64,000 nucleotides of DNA from a virus (lineage: Duplodnaviria; Caudoviricetes): IMG/VR virus record IMGVR_UViG_3300025678_000005. One strand, 5' to 3'. Positions within the stretch are counted from its first letter, which is position 1. Each line of letters opens with the position of its first letter. The translations under genes and the position numbers were made by a program. Shown in pieces: positions 1 through 13,733 of the stretch. The notes beneath the pieces were generated by a model, which had not been told where the DNA came from, ran no database searches, and saw nothing but the letters and a program-made list of their open reading frames with translations.

Positions 1-1646
1 ATTCCAGAATCTAAAGAGTCATCTTTATATCTAGCTATATTCATTACAGTGCCACCACTTCCTTTAAAAGTACAAGATATATTAAAACCAAAAGTAGTTG
101 AAAAAAATCCAAAATTATTAATATCATAATTAGGAAACATTTGATTAGCTACATCTATATAAGCATATGAACCATTTTTTAATACAATACCTGGCGTTTT
201 TTCTCCATCAGTATCATTAATAAATCCAGTAGATATTCCATTTGTCTTTTTTAAATATAAATCTACACTACCATCAAATTGACTGGCAAAAGATCCTTCA
301 TATGCAAATATTCCTGTATTTGATATTGGATACTTTCAACTAGTATTACTTGACTGTGGAAAACCAGTTACCTTTGAATAATATGCCAATAAATTTTTAT
401 TAGTGTTATCGGCATACAAATCAATTTTTACTGCTTCTGTTATTTTTGCATAAACTTGCTTTGTATATTGTGCTGTTGAATCATCTGGACTAGATATAGC
501 ATAGGCATATAATTCTATAAGTAAATTATTATTTACATCAAAAGATACCGTGCTTATTGAAAAAGTATTATTTGTTCCCTTATTAATATTTGATATAGTT
601 CCAGACAATAATGAATTTCCTATTTTTTCACCATTTTCTTCTAAATATATATTATATATTATATTAAAAGTAGTATATTTTGTTGGAGCGTAACTCAAAT
701 AATAAGTAAAACTTAATTGAGATCCCTTTGATGTTTCAGTTAAACTGGTATAATCTTCTGATATTCCATCTGTAACAATAATTAATGAATTTGAGTCTGC
801 AATAGTAATACTAAATGTTAAAATATTTGATTTTAATTCAGTTCCATTTAATATTGTGCTTGCATATGCAGTAAAATTAAATTTTTGTCCAGTACGTATA
901 TTAGAAAAAAATATGTTTCCTAATAATATATCTTTTAAATCATATCTTAATGATTTCTGTTGTGTGGTTATATTTGATTGTTCATCTATTACAATATTAT
1001 TTACTGAAAATTTAAAATAAGTTACTGCTCCCGTAATATTATTTGTTATATCTATTACAAGAGGTATTTGTGAAGTAGATCCTATAATAATTGTTTTTGG
1101 TATATTGCTTTGTGTTTCAATTCTTATAGCTCCATATATTACATGCAAATATTGTGGCACCGCATAATTAGATAGTGAATCATAAGCAGTAATTTCATAA
1201 TCAGTATTCTCTGTAATACCAGATAATGTTATTTGTATTCAAGATAAAGAATATTTTTTCTCTGTATATATAATTTTTCCAGTAACTGTATTTTTAATAA
1301 CTATAGTAAATGGTTTTGAAATGGTTCCATTATTAATTAATAAATTAAATTTTACAGTTGAAGAAGAGGTATAAACAGTATTACCACCATCAATTTGAAT
1401 GGTAATATTGCCAGATTCTCCTCCTCCACCTCCAGTTCCACCATGCGCACCATTTATATATATTCAAGCTAAATTATTTTCTAGTTTTTGAATTTTATTA
1501 TATAATTTAGTAAATCCTTGACTAATAGATATAGAATTGCCTTCATTACTTAAAAAGGCTGGATTAGATAATTCTAAATCTACAGCATTAGAAGCACCAT
1601 CAATAATTCATTTCTGTAATATTTCATCAAAATGTTTTATTTTCAT
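1..1646 (-). CDS. Large virion/tail-associated protein, 5' part (runs off window); TGA=Trp
   Basis: ATG at 1646 (MKIKHFDEILQKW...). In frame with ORF 336..1160; the breaks read are TGA. Beta-rich, with a Gly linker. Confidence 0.75.
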
Positions 1647-4600
1647 TACTGTAATTTTTCTACTATTATATTATTATTTGGATTGGACGATCCATTTGAT
1701 TTTATTTTTGTTAATTGATTGACTGAAATAGGAACATTGTATTTATATGTTCAAGAAACAGATGGTTGTCCATTTAAAATTATCTTATAAACTTGTCCTA
1801 GTATTCTTTGTCTTGTATTTGTTGTTCCAGTTTCAGTTTCATTTCCATTTCCTATACTTCACATAATATAGTGTGGATTTTTTTGTGCAGAATTTACTGT
1901 AACTGTTACTGTATTTGTAAGAGGATCATAAGTTTCATTTGATACAGGATAATAGTTTTGTAATCAAGGAATATTTTTTGCTGGAAGTTCCTTATTTGAT
2001 ACTAATTTATATCCAGTTGCCTGATTCATTACATATTTTACATAATGTTGTGTGTTATCATTGCTTAATTGTACACACATTTTTCCTCTGTCTGAAAGAT
2101 TATTATATCAAGTAGGATAGATATTGTTAACAGGGTCATATGTTGGATCATATACAATAGGCTCCATGGTTGCATCTGGATTATCTCTTAATAATCTAGT
2201 TTCAGCATAAGTATGTTTATGTCCGCATAAACACATATCAAATAAGTTGTCTTCTAAAAATTTAGAAAATCAATAATTCCCTACTGTATTTAAATGAGAT
2301 CCACCTCTTTTAATTCCTGAATTTCTTTGTAAAATGCCTTGTGTATCTGGTTTTACATATGAATATATCAAATCTGCAGTTATAATACTAAAAGGAGATT
2401 CATGACAAAAAGCTATCTTTCAGTTAATGGTTGAATCTAAATAACTTAAATCATTATCACATCAATTTTTTATTGTATTTGTATATATATTAAATCCAGT
2501 AGCATCATTAAATATATCTTTTCTAGCTGTTTCTGTAATTTCAGAATTCATGCTTAGATAATAAGTATTACCATATATAAAACTATATAAAGAGGGAATA
2601 TAAATGCCTTCTGCTGTTTGTGGAATAGCATATGGATGTTCAAAAGTATAAAAATATTCTACATTTTTTGGATTTACTTTGCTAATATCATTTCCAACAC
2701 CTAAAGTATATACATCTAATGGACATAAATCATTATTTCCAACAGTAAACATATATTCATAATCTTTAAATAAAACATTGGCAGCATTAAAATGATCCAA
2801 TCATTCATTTATTCTATTTCCATTTTGAGTAGCATCTCCTGTATGTAATACCCAATCAAAAGTTTCATTATTTTTTATATATTCACACGGGAGTCTAAAA
2901 GTTTCATATTCTTCTGCATTAAATCCCTGTGGATCAGTTATATGTGCAACATTATATCCATTTTCTATTACCACATTTCTATTTCTTAACGTAAAAGATC
3001 TTTCTTCAGACCAAAATCCTTCTCTTCCTACTTTATATTTATATGTTTTACTTGTTGTGGGTTCTGGAAAATCTTTAATAAATTTATGTGTTGTAAAAGC
3101 AGTACCATCTGTTGTAATGGATCTTATTCTATTATAAATAGGACTATTTCAATTTTTATTGGATGTCCTTCCATCTCCAGATTTAAATGATTCAAACTTA
3201 TTGACCTCCGTATAATTTCCATTATCATCAGCAAATCAAATATATTCATCATAATATCCTTTAGATACTCAAGTAAAACATCTTGTAGTATGTGCATTAT
3301 ATCCAAAAGAACAAGTAATTATATTTACTCCTTCTTTTAAAAGAGTTTTATTATAAAATAAGTTCTTTTCTTTTGTTGGTGTATATTTTGTAAAGTCTAT
3401 TTTTGGATTTAATTGTCCTATATTAATGTAGGTAAAATCAGCAGAATTATCTCTAGCAGTAGCAGCTTTTATTGCTTGACTTACAAAATCCATAGTATAA
3501 TATCTTAAAATAAGTATATTCCTGCCTTTTACTGGAAATGGAGACTTTTCTGCTGGCATATTTATATTAGATATTTTACCTATACCAAGCAGATCAACAT
3601 AATAATGTGCAAACCCATCTGTGCTTCAGGGTGCAGTTGTATTAAGCATATTTTCTTGAAAATATCCATCAGTTTCTTCTCCAGATAAATAAAAAGAACA
3701 ATTGTCAGCAAATCTTATTAATCCATTCTCATCTCAGATATTATAATCTGGATCAGTTGTTTTAAACACATCTGGATGATAAGTTTGTTCTTTTGTTCAT
3801 TCCATGTCATAATTTAATACTTTAATATAAGTTGTATTTACATCCATAAATGAACATTGTGCCCCCCTAATAGTAAAAGTACCTTTTGATTTAATTACTC
3901 CTTTTAAAGGCAATGTAATCCATTGTCCTGATGTACTTTCTGTATAATGTAAATATAGTCCTTTTAGATTTAAATCCACATTAGTTAGATTTGATATTAC
4001 TATAAAATTATGTGAACATGGATTATAGTCTTTTGATGTTCCAGAACCACCAGCATACACTGTATCAATATAAATCATTGGAGATCCAGAATTTCCAGTT
4101 AAATCACTTAAAACAGGAAAATATGGTAATGTATAATATGTATTTTTTGATAATATTTGTGAATTACCAGCCAAAGTTTTTTTATCCAATCTATAATCAT
4201 ATAGATCCAATTTACCATTTTTTACACTTAATCTATAAGTATTTTCTAAGTTGCTCATATCTCCAAATTCTATTCCTACTATCTTTGTAGTAGCATTATT
4301 ACCTGAGCCTACTAGTTGTGTTAATATTTGTTCCATTGTTTCATCAGTTGGTGGTTCTTCTGTTCCATTTGAAGAACCTATTTGTATTAAATTATTTGTT
4401 TTTGGATCTTTAATTCATAATTGTTGTTTATCATAACATCATAATAATTCTTTTGGTAAAAAATTATTTTTATTGGCCATCATCTCTGCATATGTTCCAC
4501 TTTTTATACAAAGATGTGTTCCATTTGGTATTAAATCTTTATACTCTACAGGCTCTTCTTCAGTAACTATATTTTCTAATAATGTATCTAAATCTTCATC

Positions 4601-5230
4601 AGTATTTGATCCAAAATCAGGTTCTTCTGTAGTATGTCCAGTATATTCACTATAATGATTATTATTAAAATCACCAAAATCCATTTGATTACTAAAAGCT
4701 CATTCCAATCTATTTACTTTTTCTTGTAATATGGATATAACTTGTAGCAATTCCGTTATTATTGCATTCTCTGAACTAAAGGTATGATTATCTGATGTAT
4801 CTATTCATATTCCTGTAGAGTCTTCTGGTGGTGTAGATTGAATATATATTTTTGTAAAAGATTTTCAAATTTCTCCATCAAAATATCTTAAATCATTTAC
4901 TTCTTTAACAAAAACCAATTGTCCTGGAATTTTATAATCATCATTAGCTAAATCATTTAATAGGTTAACTTGTATAATTGTAGCTCCACCACCAGATCCA
5001 CTTATATTAAAAAGTTCTCAAGTTCCATTTGTATATTTATATATTTTATTGGTTTCAGATACATAAGCACACATACCAGTTCTTACTTTATTTGTATTTA
5101 ATAAAGCAGTTAATTGTGTAATAGTGTCTAATTGTATATAACCACCAATAAGATCTCTAGTATCAGCAATTGGAAAAGAACCATTATTTTTAGGTTTTAA
5201 TTGGCTTATTAATTCTATATATTCATTCAT
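1646..5230 (-). CDS. ~1194-aa putative virion protein with C-terminal purple-acid-phosphatase-like metallophosphoesterase; TGA=Trp
   Basis: ORFs 5018..5230, 4439..4684, 3797..4336, 3269..3559 and 2462..2800 share one frame and each ends at TGA; TAA at 1646. Motifs HITDPQG, LHTGDATQNG, VGNNDL, FCHES, CGHKHTY. Confidence 0.8.
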
Positions 5231-5668
5231 TTATTCTACAAATAAAGTATAAATTATTTCTAGAAAACTTAATGCATCAAGCTTAGAACCATTAATGTCT
5301 ATGTCATTTTCAGAATTAACATCTACTATTTGTGCATATTCATCTTCTGTAAATTTCTTATCAAATTTAACCTCTTCTTTTCCTTTCTCAATTAAGAATT
5401 GATTATATTCATCTGTTAATTTTTTATTTAATTCTTCTAATCTTTTCTTTTGTTTTTCTGTTGGTTTTTCTAAACTATTTAATTCTAAAAATTCTTCAGT
5501 TTGTAGTTGTTTTATCATTTCAATACAATCATTATCGAATTGATTTTTAATTTTATTCAATTCAATACGCATCATCATTATCTTTACTTTTAGATTTTTA
5601 TCAACATCATCTTTTATTAATATCTTATTAATAAAATTTTGTCTTATTAAAGCCTCATTTAATGTCAT
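5231..5668 (-). CDS. Hypothetical protein (coiled-coil, tail-assembly region)
   Basis: 145-aa ORF ending TAA, tightly packed. Confidence 0.75.
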   Translation of the reverse strand: MTLNEALIRQNFINKILIKDDVDKNLKVKIMMMRIELNKIKNQFDNDCIEMIKQLQTEEFLELNSLEKPTEKQKKRLEELNKKLTDEYNQFLIEKGKEEVKFDKKFTEDEYAQIVDVNSENDIDINGSKLDALSFLEIIYTLFVE

Positions 5669-5669
5669 A

Positions 5670-5927
5670 TTATTCTATAAATTTAGTGTAATCATTTTTC
5701 ACTTCTTCTAGTACATCAAAAATATCTTGTAATATTTCATTATCTATCATTCCATCATTTACAGAATAAGATGTTGGATACATGCCAGAAACATTTATAT
5801 TATTATATGTAAAATAATAAGATATTGTATTTGGTGTAGTTGTGTTAGATAACTCAAAATTTACGTAAACATTAACATCATTTACTTGTAAATTTCCTGA
5901 AATTCTTTTAACTTCTGTTAAAGCCAT
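5670..5927 (-). CDS. Hypothetical protein
   Basis: 85-aa ORF tightly packed between genes. Confidence 0.7.
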   Translation of the reverse strand: MALTEVKRISGNLQVNDVNVYVNFELSNTTTPNTISYYFTYNNINVSGMYPTSYSVNDGMIDNEILQDIFDVLEEVKNDYTKFIE

Positions 5928-5929
5928 AA

Positions 5930-8900
5930 TTAAATTTCCTCCATAATTAAATTTCCATTTTCTATACTAATATTATATGATTTATCAGTATTTTTATCTT
6001 TTAATGTAATATGATCTTTTAAATAATTTATTTGTTCTTGTTGTTCTTTAATTGCATTTGTAAGTAGTGCTACCATTTGGCTATATTTAACTCCATCAAC
6101 AATATCATCTTGATATAGAACAAGTTTATCATCAATCTCTTCAACTTCTTCTGCTATAAAACCAAAATCTTCTTTGTTATCACTTTTTCATTTAAATTGT
6201 CTTGGTTTTAATTTTAATACAGCATTCAATCCTAAATTAAAATCAATTATATCATATTTATATTTTTGACTTGAAGAGTATCTAACTAATTTATATACAC
6301 CAGAATCTGATGTAGCATATACAGCTGTTCCAGTACCTGTTGTTGGGAGTCCTAATTTAAGGTCTCCTGGTATTTTAACTGTATTAGTAAAATTACTGTT
6401 TACATTTGTAATTGTTAGACCAGAACTACAATCATTAGTAAATGAAAATCCACAAATTTCATTTAATGTTTCATCAACATAAGAAGAACTATAATATACA
6501 TATATAGTACTAGCATCATAAATTGAAACAACTCTAATCAAAATATTAAAATTTGAACTTTCAATATCCTGCCTCATATTTGATCATTGTAAATATGTAG
6601 TATATAGTGTTGAGCTTGCAGGAAAAGAAATTGGGCCACTGTTAGATAATTCGTTAATGTGACCATTTTTATCAATATATCCAAAAAAAATTGTCGCAAC
6701 ATTTAATATGCTAGATGATATATTAATAGTAATGCGTAAGTTTGTAATGCTTGATCCAGATCATAAATTAAATGAAAATCCATTAAAGACTAATCAATCT
6801 GATTCTTGATTTTCACTCAATGTAACAGAATTATTATCTCAATTTGGCCCATTATCATAATCAATATTTGAATAACTAATAGTACCTGTATTATTTGTTG
6901 ATCTTGTTTTTGTTCCAATTGATGTTAATTTTACAATTGCATTATTTGTTGAAGGATTGTGTACATGGAATTTAGTATTACTATTAATATTGGCAATCCC
7001 TATTCCAACATTACCACCACCAGTTGTCATATAAACATTAGAATCAGAAAAATGATTTAAATAAATATTTCCAGCAGTATCACCAGATGCTTTATAAGAA
7101 TCAATATGAAAATTTCCACCATCAGATCCAGAAGTATTGGTTCTTGCCAACACACCAATTCCTCCAGTTGTATTTGTTATTATAATATCTCCATTAACAT
7201 TGGACGTTCCATCAAATAATTGTCCTCAAAGAGTTCGAGTGGTCTGTAACTTTGTTGCAGACGCTACATTATCAGTTACTAGTGCCAACTTTACTCAATC
7301 AGTTGCTGTACCACTAACTCTTTTCCTTGTAAAAATATCATTTGAATAAAAATCAAAAGCCAATGCTCTATTATAATATGTATCTCCATTACCGTGATTT
7401 AATTTAATAACTGACCATCAATTATTAGTTGGTACATTTCCATATGAATCTACTGTATTTGTTTGTAAAAATTGTACTTTATCGGTTATATTATTAGCAT
7501 TATTATAATTAATCAAATTAGCAGTTACAGATCCATTTGTATATCCACCTAAACTATAAGCATTTATATTATTTAAATTAGAATATAATATTCTTCATCC
7601 TGGAGAATAATCTACTCCATTATTTTGATATATTAATGTACTGTTTATTATACCATTAGATACTCCTGTAGTTGATGGTGTGTGTATAACTATAGTATAA
7701 TAACTGGAACTTCCAAATGTTTCTACTGTACATCCAGCTAAATGTAAATTTCCAAATCCAGTATCTGTAATATAATTATTTGCAGCATAAGTTCATTTTC
7801 CTCTGGCAATTCAATGTGGTTGATTGAATGCTCCTAACGAAGTTAACATTGATACAAAAGCAGCAGTAGTTATTCCAGTTTGAGATCCACCAAAAGAATA
7901 TGAATCAGAAAATGCTCTAGCAAATCCATTTGATTGTATTCCATCTAAATATTGAGAATTTAAATTAGTCACAAGAGCATTAGATGATAAAATAAATGGA
8001 GGATTGCTTCCATTAACAAACGTAGATACTATTTGTCCAGATGCTGATAATGTTCCTATACCAGCTAAATTTAATGTACCACTAGATCTATTTATATTAA
8101 CAGCAGTAGTTCCTATATACATAACTTGATTTATAGCGGCAATACCAGCAGCAGATAAACTGTTATTTACTCAATTAGTACCACTTCATTTTAATATATC
8201 ATTATCAGTAAGTGTTGAAATACTAACATTAGATAAAGAATTTAAAGAATGATTATGTGACGATAAAGCATAACTACTACTATCTAATGATCATGAATTA
8301 GTTGCTGTTTTTTTAAGAAATCCAACAGAACTATCTGATAGAGCAGCAATAGCATTTAAATCACCATCCAAAGGTTGATATACTCCAGCATGATCATGTG
8401 TTAAAGATGCTATTCCAGCCTCTGATAATGTATTATTCACTCATTTAGAGCCATCTCATTTGAGAATTTCACCAATAGTGTTAGAATCAATTGTAACATT
8501 GGATAATGAATCCAATATATGATTATGTGTTGAAGTAGCAAAACTTGATGAATGATAACCATCCAATAGATCGGCATTTAAATTAGCAACTAATGTTGTA
8601 GAAGTAACTGATAATGGTGCAGTACCTGTTGTTGCTGTAGATATTAATTGGAACCCTTGAATAGCTCCACTTGCTGTAATATCAGTTACAGAAGTTAATG
8701 CTCCTGATACATTAGCGGTACCATTAAAACTTTGTCCCCAAATAGTTCTTGCTGTTTGAAGTTTGGTTGCACTACTCGCATTCCCACTTAAAGCTCCATA
8801 AAATGTATTTGCATATATATTTATTAAACTAGTTCCTCCGCCATAAAAACCATATTCTGTAAAGTTTCCTCCGTCGTTATAATTTACATATAATCTACCA

Positions 8901-9909
8901 CTAGCTAAACCTCCTCCAATATTAACTTCATTACCAGCATGTAATGAAACTGCGGCTGCACTTGTTGCTGTAGCGGCATTACCAATTAATGCCCCTGCAA
9001 ACGTCGGAGCTGTTACTATACCTGTAAATGTAGGCGAAGCAATATTTGCTTTTAGGTCAATAGCTGCCTGAACGTCTTCAGGTGCTGGTGTCCAGTCTGT
9101 GGCTTTGTTGCCTTTCTCTATTTTTATTGTGTTATTTCCACCCAATCGCCTGCATTAACAACTGTAGGGCGTGTCATAAACCAACTGCCTGTGCTCAAAT
9201 CGAAATTCGCTGAACCTGTTATTTTAGCATATGCTTTGACAAATGTTTCTTCATTCAAAGGTTGTTCATAAGTGAAACTTCCAAAGCTGGTATTTGCAAC
9301 GCCAGTATTCATTATATAGTTATATGCTAGAGGGACTGTCCCCCTAACTAGCAAGGAAATTGTATACTGTTCTCCTGCTCGCAACAACATTTTTCTTGCA
9401 TTCGAACCTTGTTGAATACTTATATACCCAGAGCCATTGTCGGTTGTCTTGACGGTTGTAAGACCTTTATATTCGCCAAAAGATATAGTTCCAAATATAG
9501 TTCCATCTGAGTACGGAACCCACTCTTTAGAATTTGTTAACCGTGCTAAATTCCTGCCACCTATCTGAATATTATTTACCGCCGTTGAGATGTCTGAAGG
9601 GGTTGCTATTCCTGCTTCTACTAATGTATTATTAATCCATTTACTACCGTCTCATTTAAGTATTTCACCAGCAGAATTTGAAGTAATAGTAACATTAGAA
9701 TGACTGTCTAATGTATGTGCAGAAGGTGCAAAAGTTGTTGGTTTACCTCCTATATAATTTCATAAGGTGTCAAAGAAGTTACCATGAGTCCAAATTCTTT
9801 TAGTATCTTGAATAAATACTATAGATTTACTATCAATTAATCCATTGGCTAAATCTGTATCGAATCTAGCTTGTGTAGCATAATTAAGAAATTTTGTTTT
9901 ATAAGCCAT
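5930..9909 (-). CDS. Tail fibre/receptor-binding protein with C-terminal S74 intramolecular chaperone; TGA=Trp; one frameshift near 9127
   Basis: ATG 9909 (MAYKTKFL...IWTHG). Contains KIEKGNKATDWTPAPED and ATKLQTARTIWGQ fibre motifs and an S74-like tail SSQKYK...LKPRQFK(TGA)KSDNKEDFGFIAEEV. Fragments 8456, 7811, 6839 and 6188 share one frame. Confidence 0.8.
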
Positions 9910-9918
9910 ATATTATTA

Positions 9919-12168
9919 TTAATAAGCATACGTTAATGTTCCATCAGACGCAATCTCGGCCCATCCCATTTTAACTTCTAAATTGGTAGTATCTCAGAAG
10001 AATTCTTCTCCAAATTTTAATGAATTAGTACCAATAGATGCTGCTGAAGTTGGATTTGAAGTTGTTCTTAATAATATATCTCTTCAGCTATCAGTTGGAT
10101 ATTCCCATTTAGGAAGACCTGTAGTAAGATCAAATGTTAAAACTCAATTATCAGATGTCGGATTAGCCAGTGCAGATAATGTATTAGTATTAGATCCATA
10201 TAGTATATTTCCTTTTCCTATAGAAGACAACCCAGTTCCTCCATAAACAACTCCTATTACAGAACCATTCCATGTTCCAGTTGTAATTGTACCTACTTTA
10301 GTTATTCCAGTACTTGCTGTGGTAAGATCAGAAATATCTGAAGTTACTATTTGATTTCATGCTGGAGCAGCACCAACAGTTCCAGTTCCAGTTTGAGTTA
10401 AATATTTTTTAGTAGTAGTGGTGTTTGGAGCCAACATAGATGTAGTATCTACATTAGACTGATAAGGTAATGAACCTAATACACCACCAGCCAAATTAGA
10501 AGCTTTATTAATTATATCAGTTGTCAATGCAATAATTCCACCATTATCTGGAAGAGTTCATGTTCTGTTTGCGGTTAAATTATTTCAAGTAAATATTCCA
10601 GTAAAAGCACTTGTAGCAGTACTATTTGGAGATATTTTAAATGTATCTGTTCCAGCTGTAGCATGTGTAAAGCTGACATCACCAACAAAAGTGGGACTTG
10701 TATTAAATACTACTTTTCCACTTCCAGTCTCATCACCAAGTATACTTGCTAATCCAGCAGAAGTATTAATATTAGAAGTATAAACTACTGTTCCTCCACT
10801 ACCAAAAGATATAGTAGAACCGTCTGTTCCACTTAATGTTACAGAATTATTTACCGTAAGAGTTTTTCCACTTGCAATAGTTAATGTTCCAGTGGTAGTT
10901 GTAATATTTAATCCATTTATAGATGTAGCAGTAGCAGCACCTAATATTGGTGTAGTAAAAGTTGGACTAGTTGTTAATGCTACTACATTTCCTGTTCCAC
11001 TTAATGTATAATTAGCAGATGCCACTCCACCAGAAGTTACAGAAATTAAAGATGTACTTGCTGGAGTAGACAAATTAAGCAAACTAAGTCCAGCCGTTGA
11101 AGTTGTTAAATTGGTTTGTATAACATCCCAACTATTTCAAGAAGATGCAGTAATACTACCATAAGCAACTGCAGCAGTATTATCTGTATTACAAATAAGC
11201 ATATCTCCTACTTCAACTGGTTTAGTATTATTAAAATTACCAGCTACAGATACTTTATATGTATCTCCTTTATTTGCAGCAGGTAATCCACTGGAAGTAG
11301 CATCTAATACACCTTTATAAACCATTGCATCTGTAGTAGCTATTATACTATTAACAGCTGAATAAACAGCTCCAGATGTAATTAATTTTGTGCTTCCAGA
11401 TGCTATAGAGCTATCTGCCTGCTGTCATACTGGTGCTCCGCTTGTAGTTGGCGTAAGATAGTAATCCGTTCCAGTTGTTCCAGAGGAAGTAGGAGCATAA
11501 AAAGTAGATGATTTTGCAGCACTATTATTATAAACAACAGCAGTTCCATTAATAGTTAATGTTAATGAATTTTGTAATGATCCAGAGAATATTAAAGCAT
11601 ATAATGTACTTGTTGATAAATCAACTTTTAAATTAGTATTAAAATTGGTTTCAGCAGAATTTGTTGTAGTAGCAGATGTTCCTGTTAATAAATAAGCAGT
11701 AGTAGAAGTAGTATTTAGATTCTGCTTAACTTGATTTAATGTAGCTGTTCTATTAGTTACTCCAGTATAATGTCCATATTTATCGAATACAAGTTGTGGA
11801 ACTGTTATAGAAGTAGAAGAATCTGCACTCGGGCCAGCAGATTGTGCTGCACTAAAAGGAGCACTATGTGTAAGAGTTGCAGCCCCATTAGTAGTTGTGG
11901 AGGATATAATAGTGTCTCCAGTTATTGACACTACACCAACATCAAAAGATGTTAATGTTTTATTAGATGCATCTTTTAGTGTAACAACTGATCCACTTAT
12001 ACTTGATGTAAATAATGGACTCGCAGAATCATTAAATATTCTAAAATATTGTCCATGTGTTCAAAGATAGCCATCTTCTGTAAATACTATTGATTTCTGA
12101 ATGGTATCTTTAGTTGGATAGGCGGTTTCAAATCCAGCTTTAGATTTTGCATAAATTAATTTACTCAT
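9919..12168 (-). CDS. Tail fibre protein (T/S/G-rich, ~749 aa); TGA=Trp
   Basis: ATG 12168 (MSKLIYAK...YL(TGA)THG). ORFs 11425, 11137 and 10585 are in the same frame; TAA at 9919. Confidence 0.8.
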
Positions 12169-12173
12169 TTTTA

Positions 12174-13391
12174 TTATATTATTTCTTCAATATTAATTGA
12201 TAAATTATTGTTTTCCAATAAGAAATCGTTTGTAAAATTTAAATTATTTCTTACAGAAACTTCTTGATTATCTTTATTAATTGCCTTTATATCTACAGAA
12301 GAAAAAATTAATTCTCCAGTTTCTGTATCTATTCTGCCAGTTAATCCGCCCTCAGTTTTTATTTTTACATTTTGACCAGCTATAACTTCAATTCCCAAAA
12401 AAGAGTCGTTAACCTTAATACCATTAATAGTTCTATTATCTATTTTTGTATTTAATTCATCTTTTACCTTTCATACCATATAAGGAGATGCAGCTATGCC
12501 ATTTGTTATATCTGAAGCATTCTTATCGGCAGAATTACTGGGTGGTGCTGGTATACCATTTAATTCTTTTTGCAGTTTAACATGTCCATATAATTCAGTA
12601 GAAGCTCCACCATATTCTGGATTTTCAGATAAGTGTATTTTTGGAGTGGCTTCACCAGAAACATTTCCCTGTAAATCTCCTATAATTAAACCATTTATAA
12701 CTTTTAAATCACCAGAAGTAATTGTTATATCATTATTTGTTACCAATCCTCCAGATATAGAAAGGATCTTTGTATAATCATTATATAATAATCCAGATGC
12801 TTTTCTTACTTGATTAATATCTGTATTATTGCTACTTTCGTTAAAAGATAATAAAATATTTCTATCTACATCCACTGTTGTAGGAGCAATTTGTGCTACA
12901 TAATCTCGAATAGATACAATACTATTTTTTATATTAGTAATATGACCATATTCATCAATTGTAATATTAGGTACATAAAAACTACTTGCATTTGATTGAT
13001 TATCTGAACCATAAATTCCTGTATCAGCACTACTTTTCTTATGTAATAGTTTTTTTGTATCTTCTACTCATTCAAGTGGATATTCTGTGTTAATATAACT
13101 TAAAGCATTACTTGATAATATAATATCATTATTTATTCCTTTATTTATACTAAGACTTGTTCCTATAGTTTGTAAAGTAAAAAAACTGTCTCCAATATTT
13201 ATAGTTACTTTTCCATTTGATTCATTTACAGATACAGTTGGAAATCCCATACTAAAGTATATTCCCTTAGTTCATAATTCTTTAGTGTCTTCTATAAATA
13301 CAATTGGATCAAGTCCTACGGGTATATTTTGTTTTTCTCTCTCAAAAGCTGCTTTTGTTTTTGCTAAAACAAACTTGCTTGTAATACTCAT
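12174..13391 (-). CDS. Tail fibre-like protein; TGA=Trp
   Basis: ATG 13391. N-terminal IVFIEDTKEL(TGA)TKG is paralogous to the other fibre N-termini; three ORF fragments share the frame. Confidence 0.75.
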
Positions 13392-13733
13392 TTATTCTAT
13401 TGTTTGTGTAGTTAAAATAGAGTCAATTATAGATAAAGAATCCTTTATCTTTTGTTGACTATTTATATAATTTCCATTTGCTTCTGATTTTATATCATTT
13501 CCAGATAGTACTGGATTATTTTTTATTAATTTTCCATTTATAGTATAATTTTCTATATTTTCTACTCTATCAATTAAAGCATTTACTCTTTCAATTGTAG
13601 TAACATCATCAACAAATGTAATTCATTCATTACCATCATACAACAACATTTTATTATCTTTTACTCATACATGATATATTGTTGGAGGAGGATCAGATCC
13701 TCTTCATAAATTTACCTGCCTATTATTTATCAT
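13392..13733 (-). CDS. Hypothetical structural protein (113 aa), absent from ORF track; TGA=Trp
   Basis: MINNRQVNL(TGA)RGSDPPPTIYHV(TGA)VKDN... ends at TAA abutting the next gene. Confidence 0.7.

Noticed and set aside
5930-13391. Diversity-generating retroelement or invertible tail-fibre cassette
   Set aside because: No reverse transcriptase or invertase, and no TR/VR pair differing only at adenines was seen; the repeats are diverged protein repeats.
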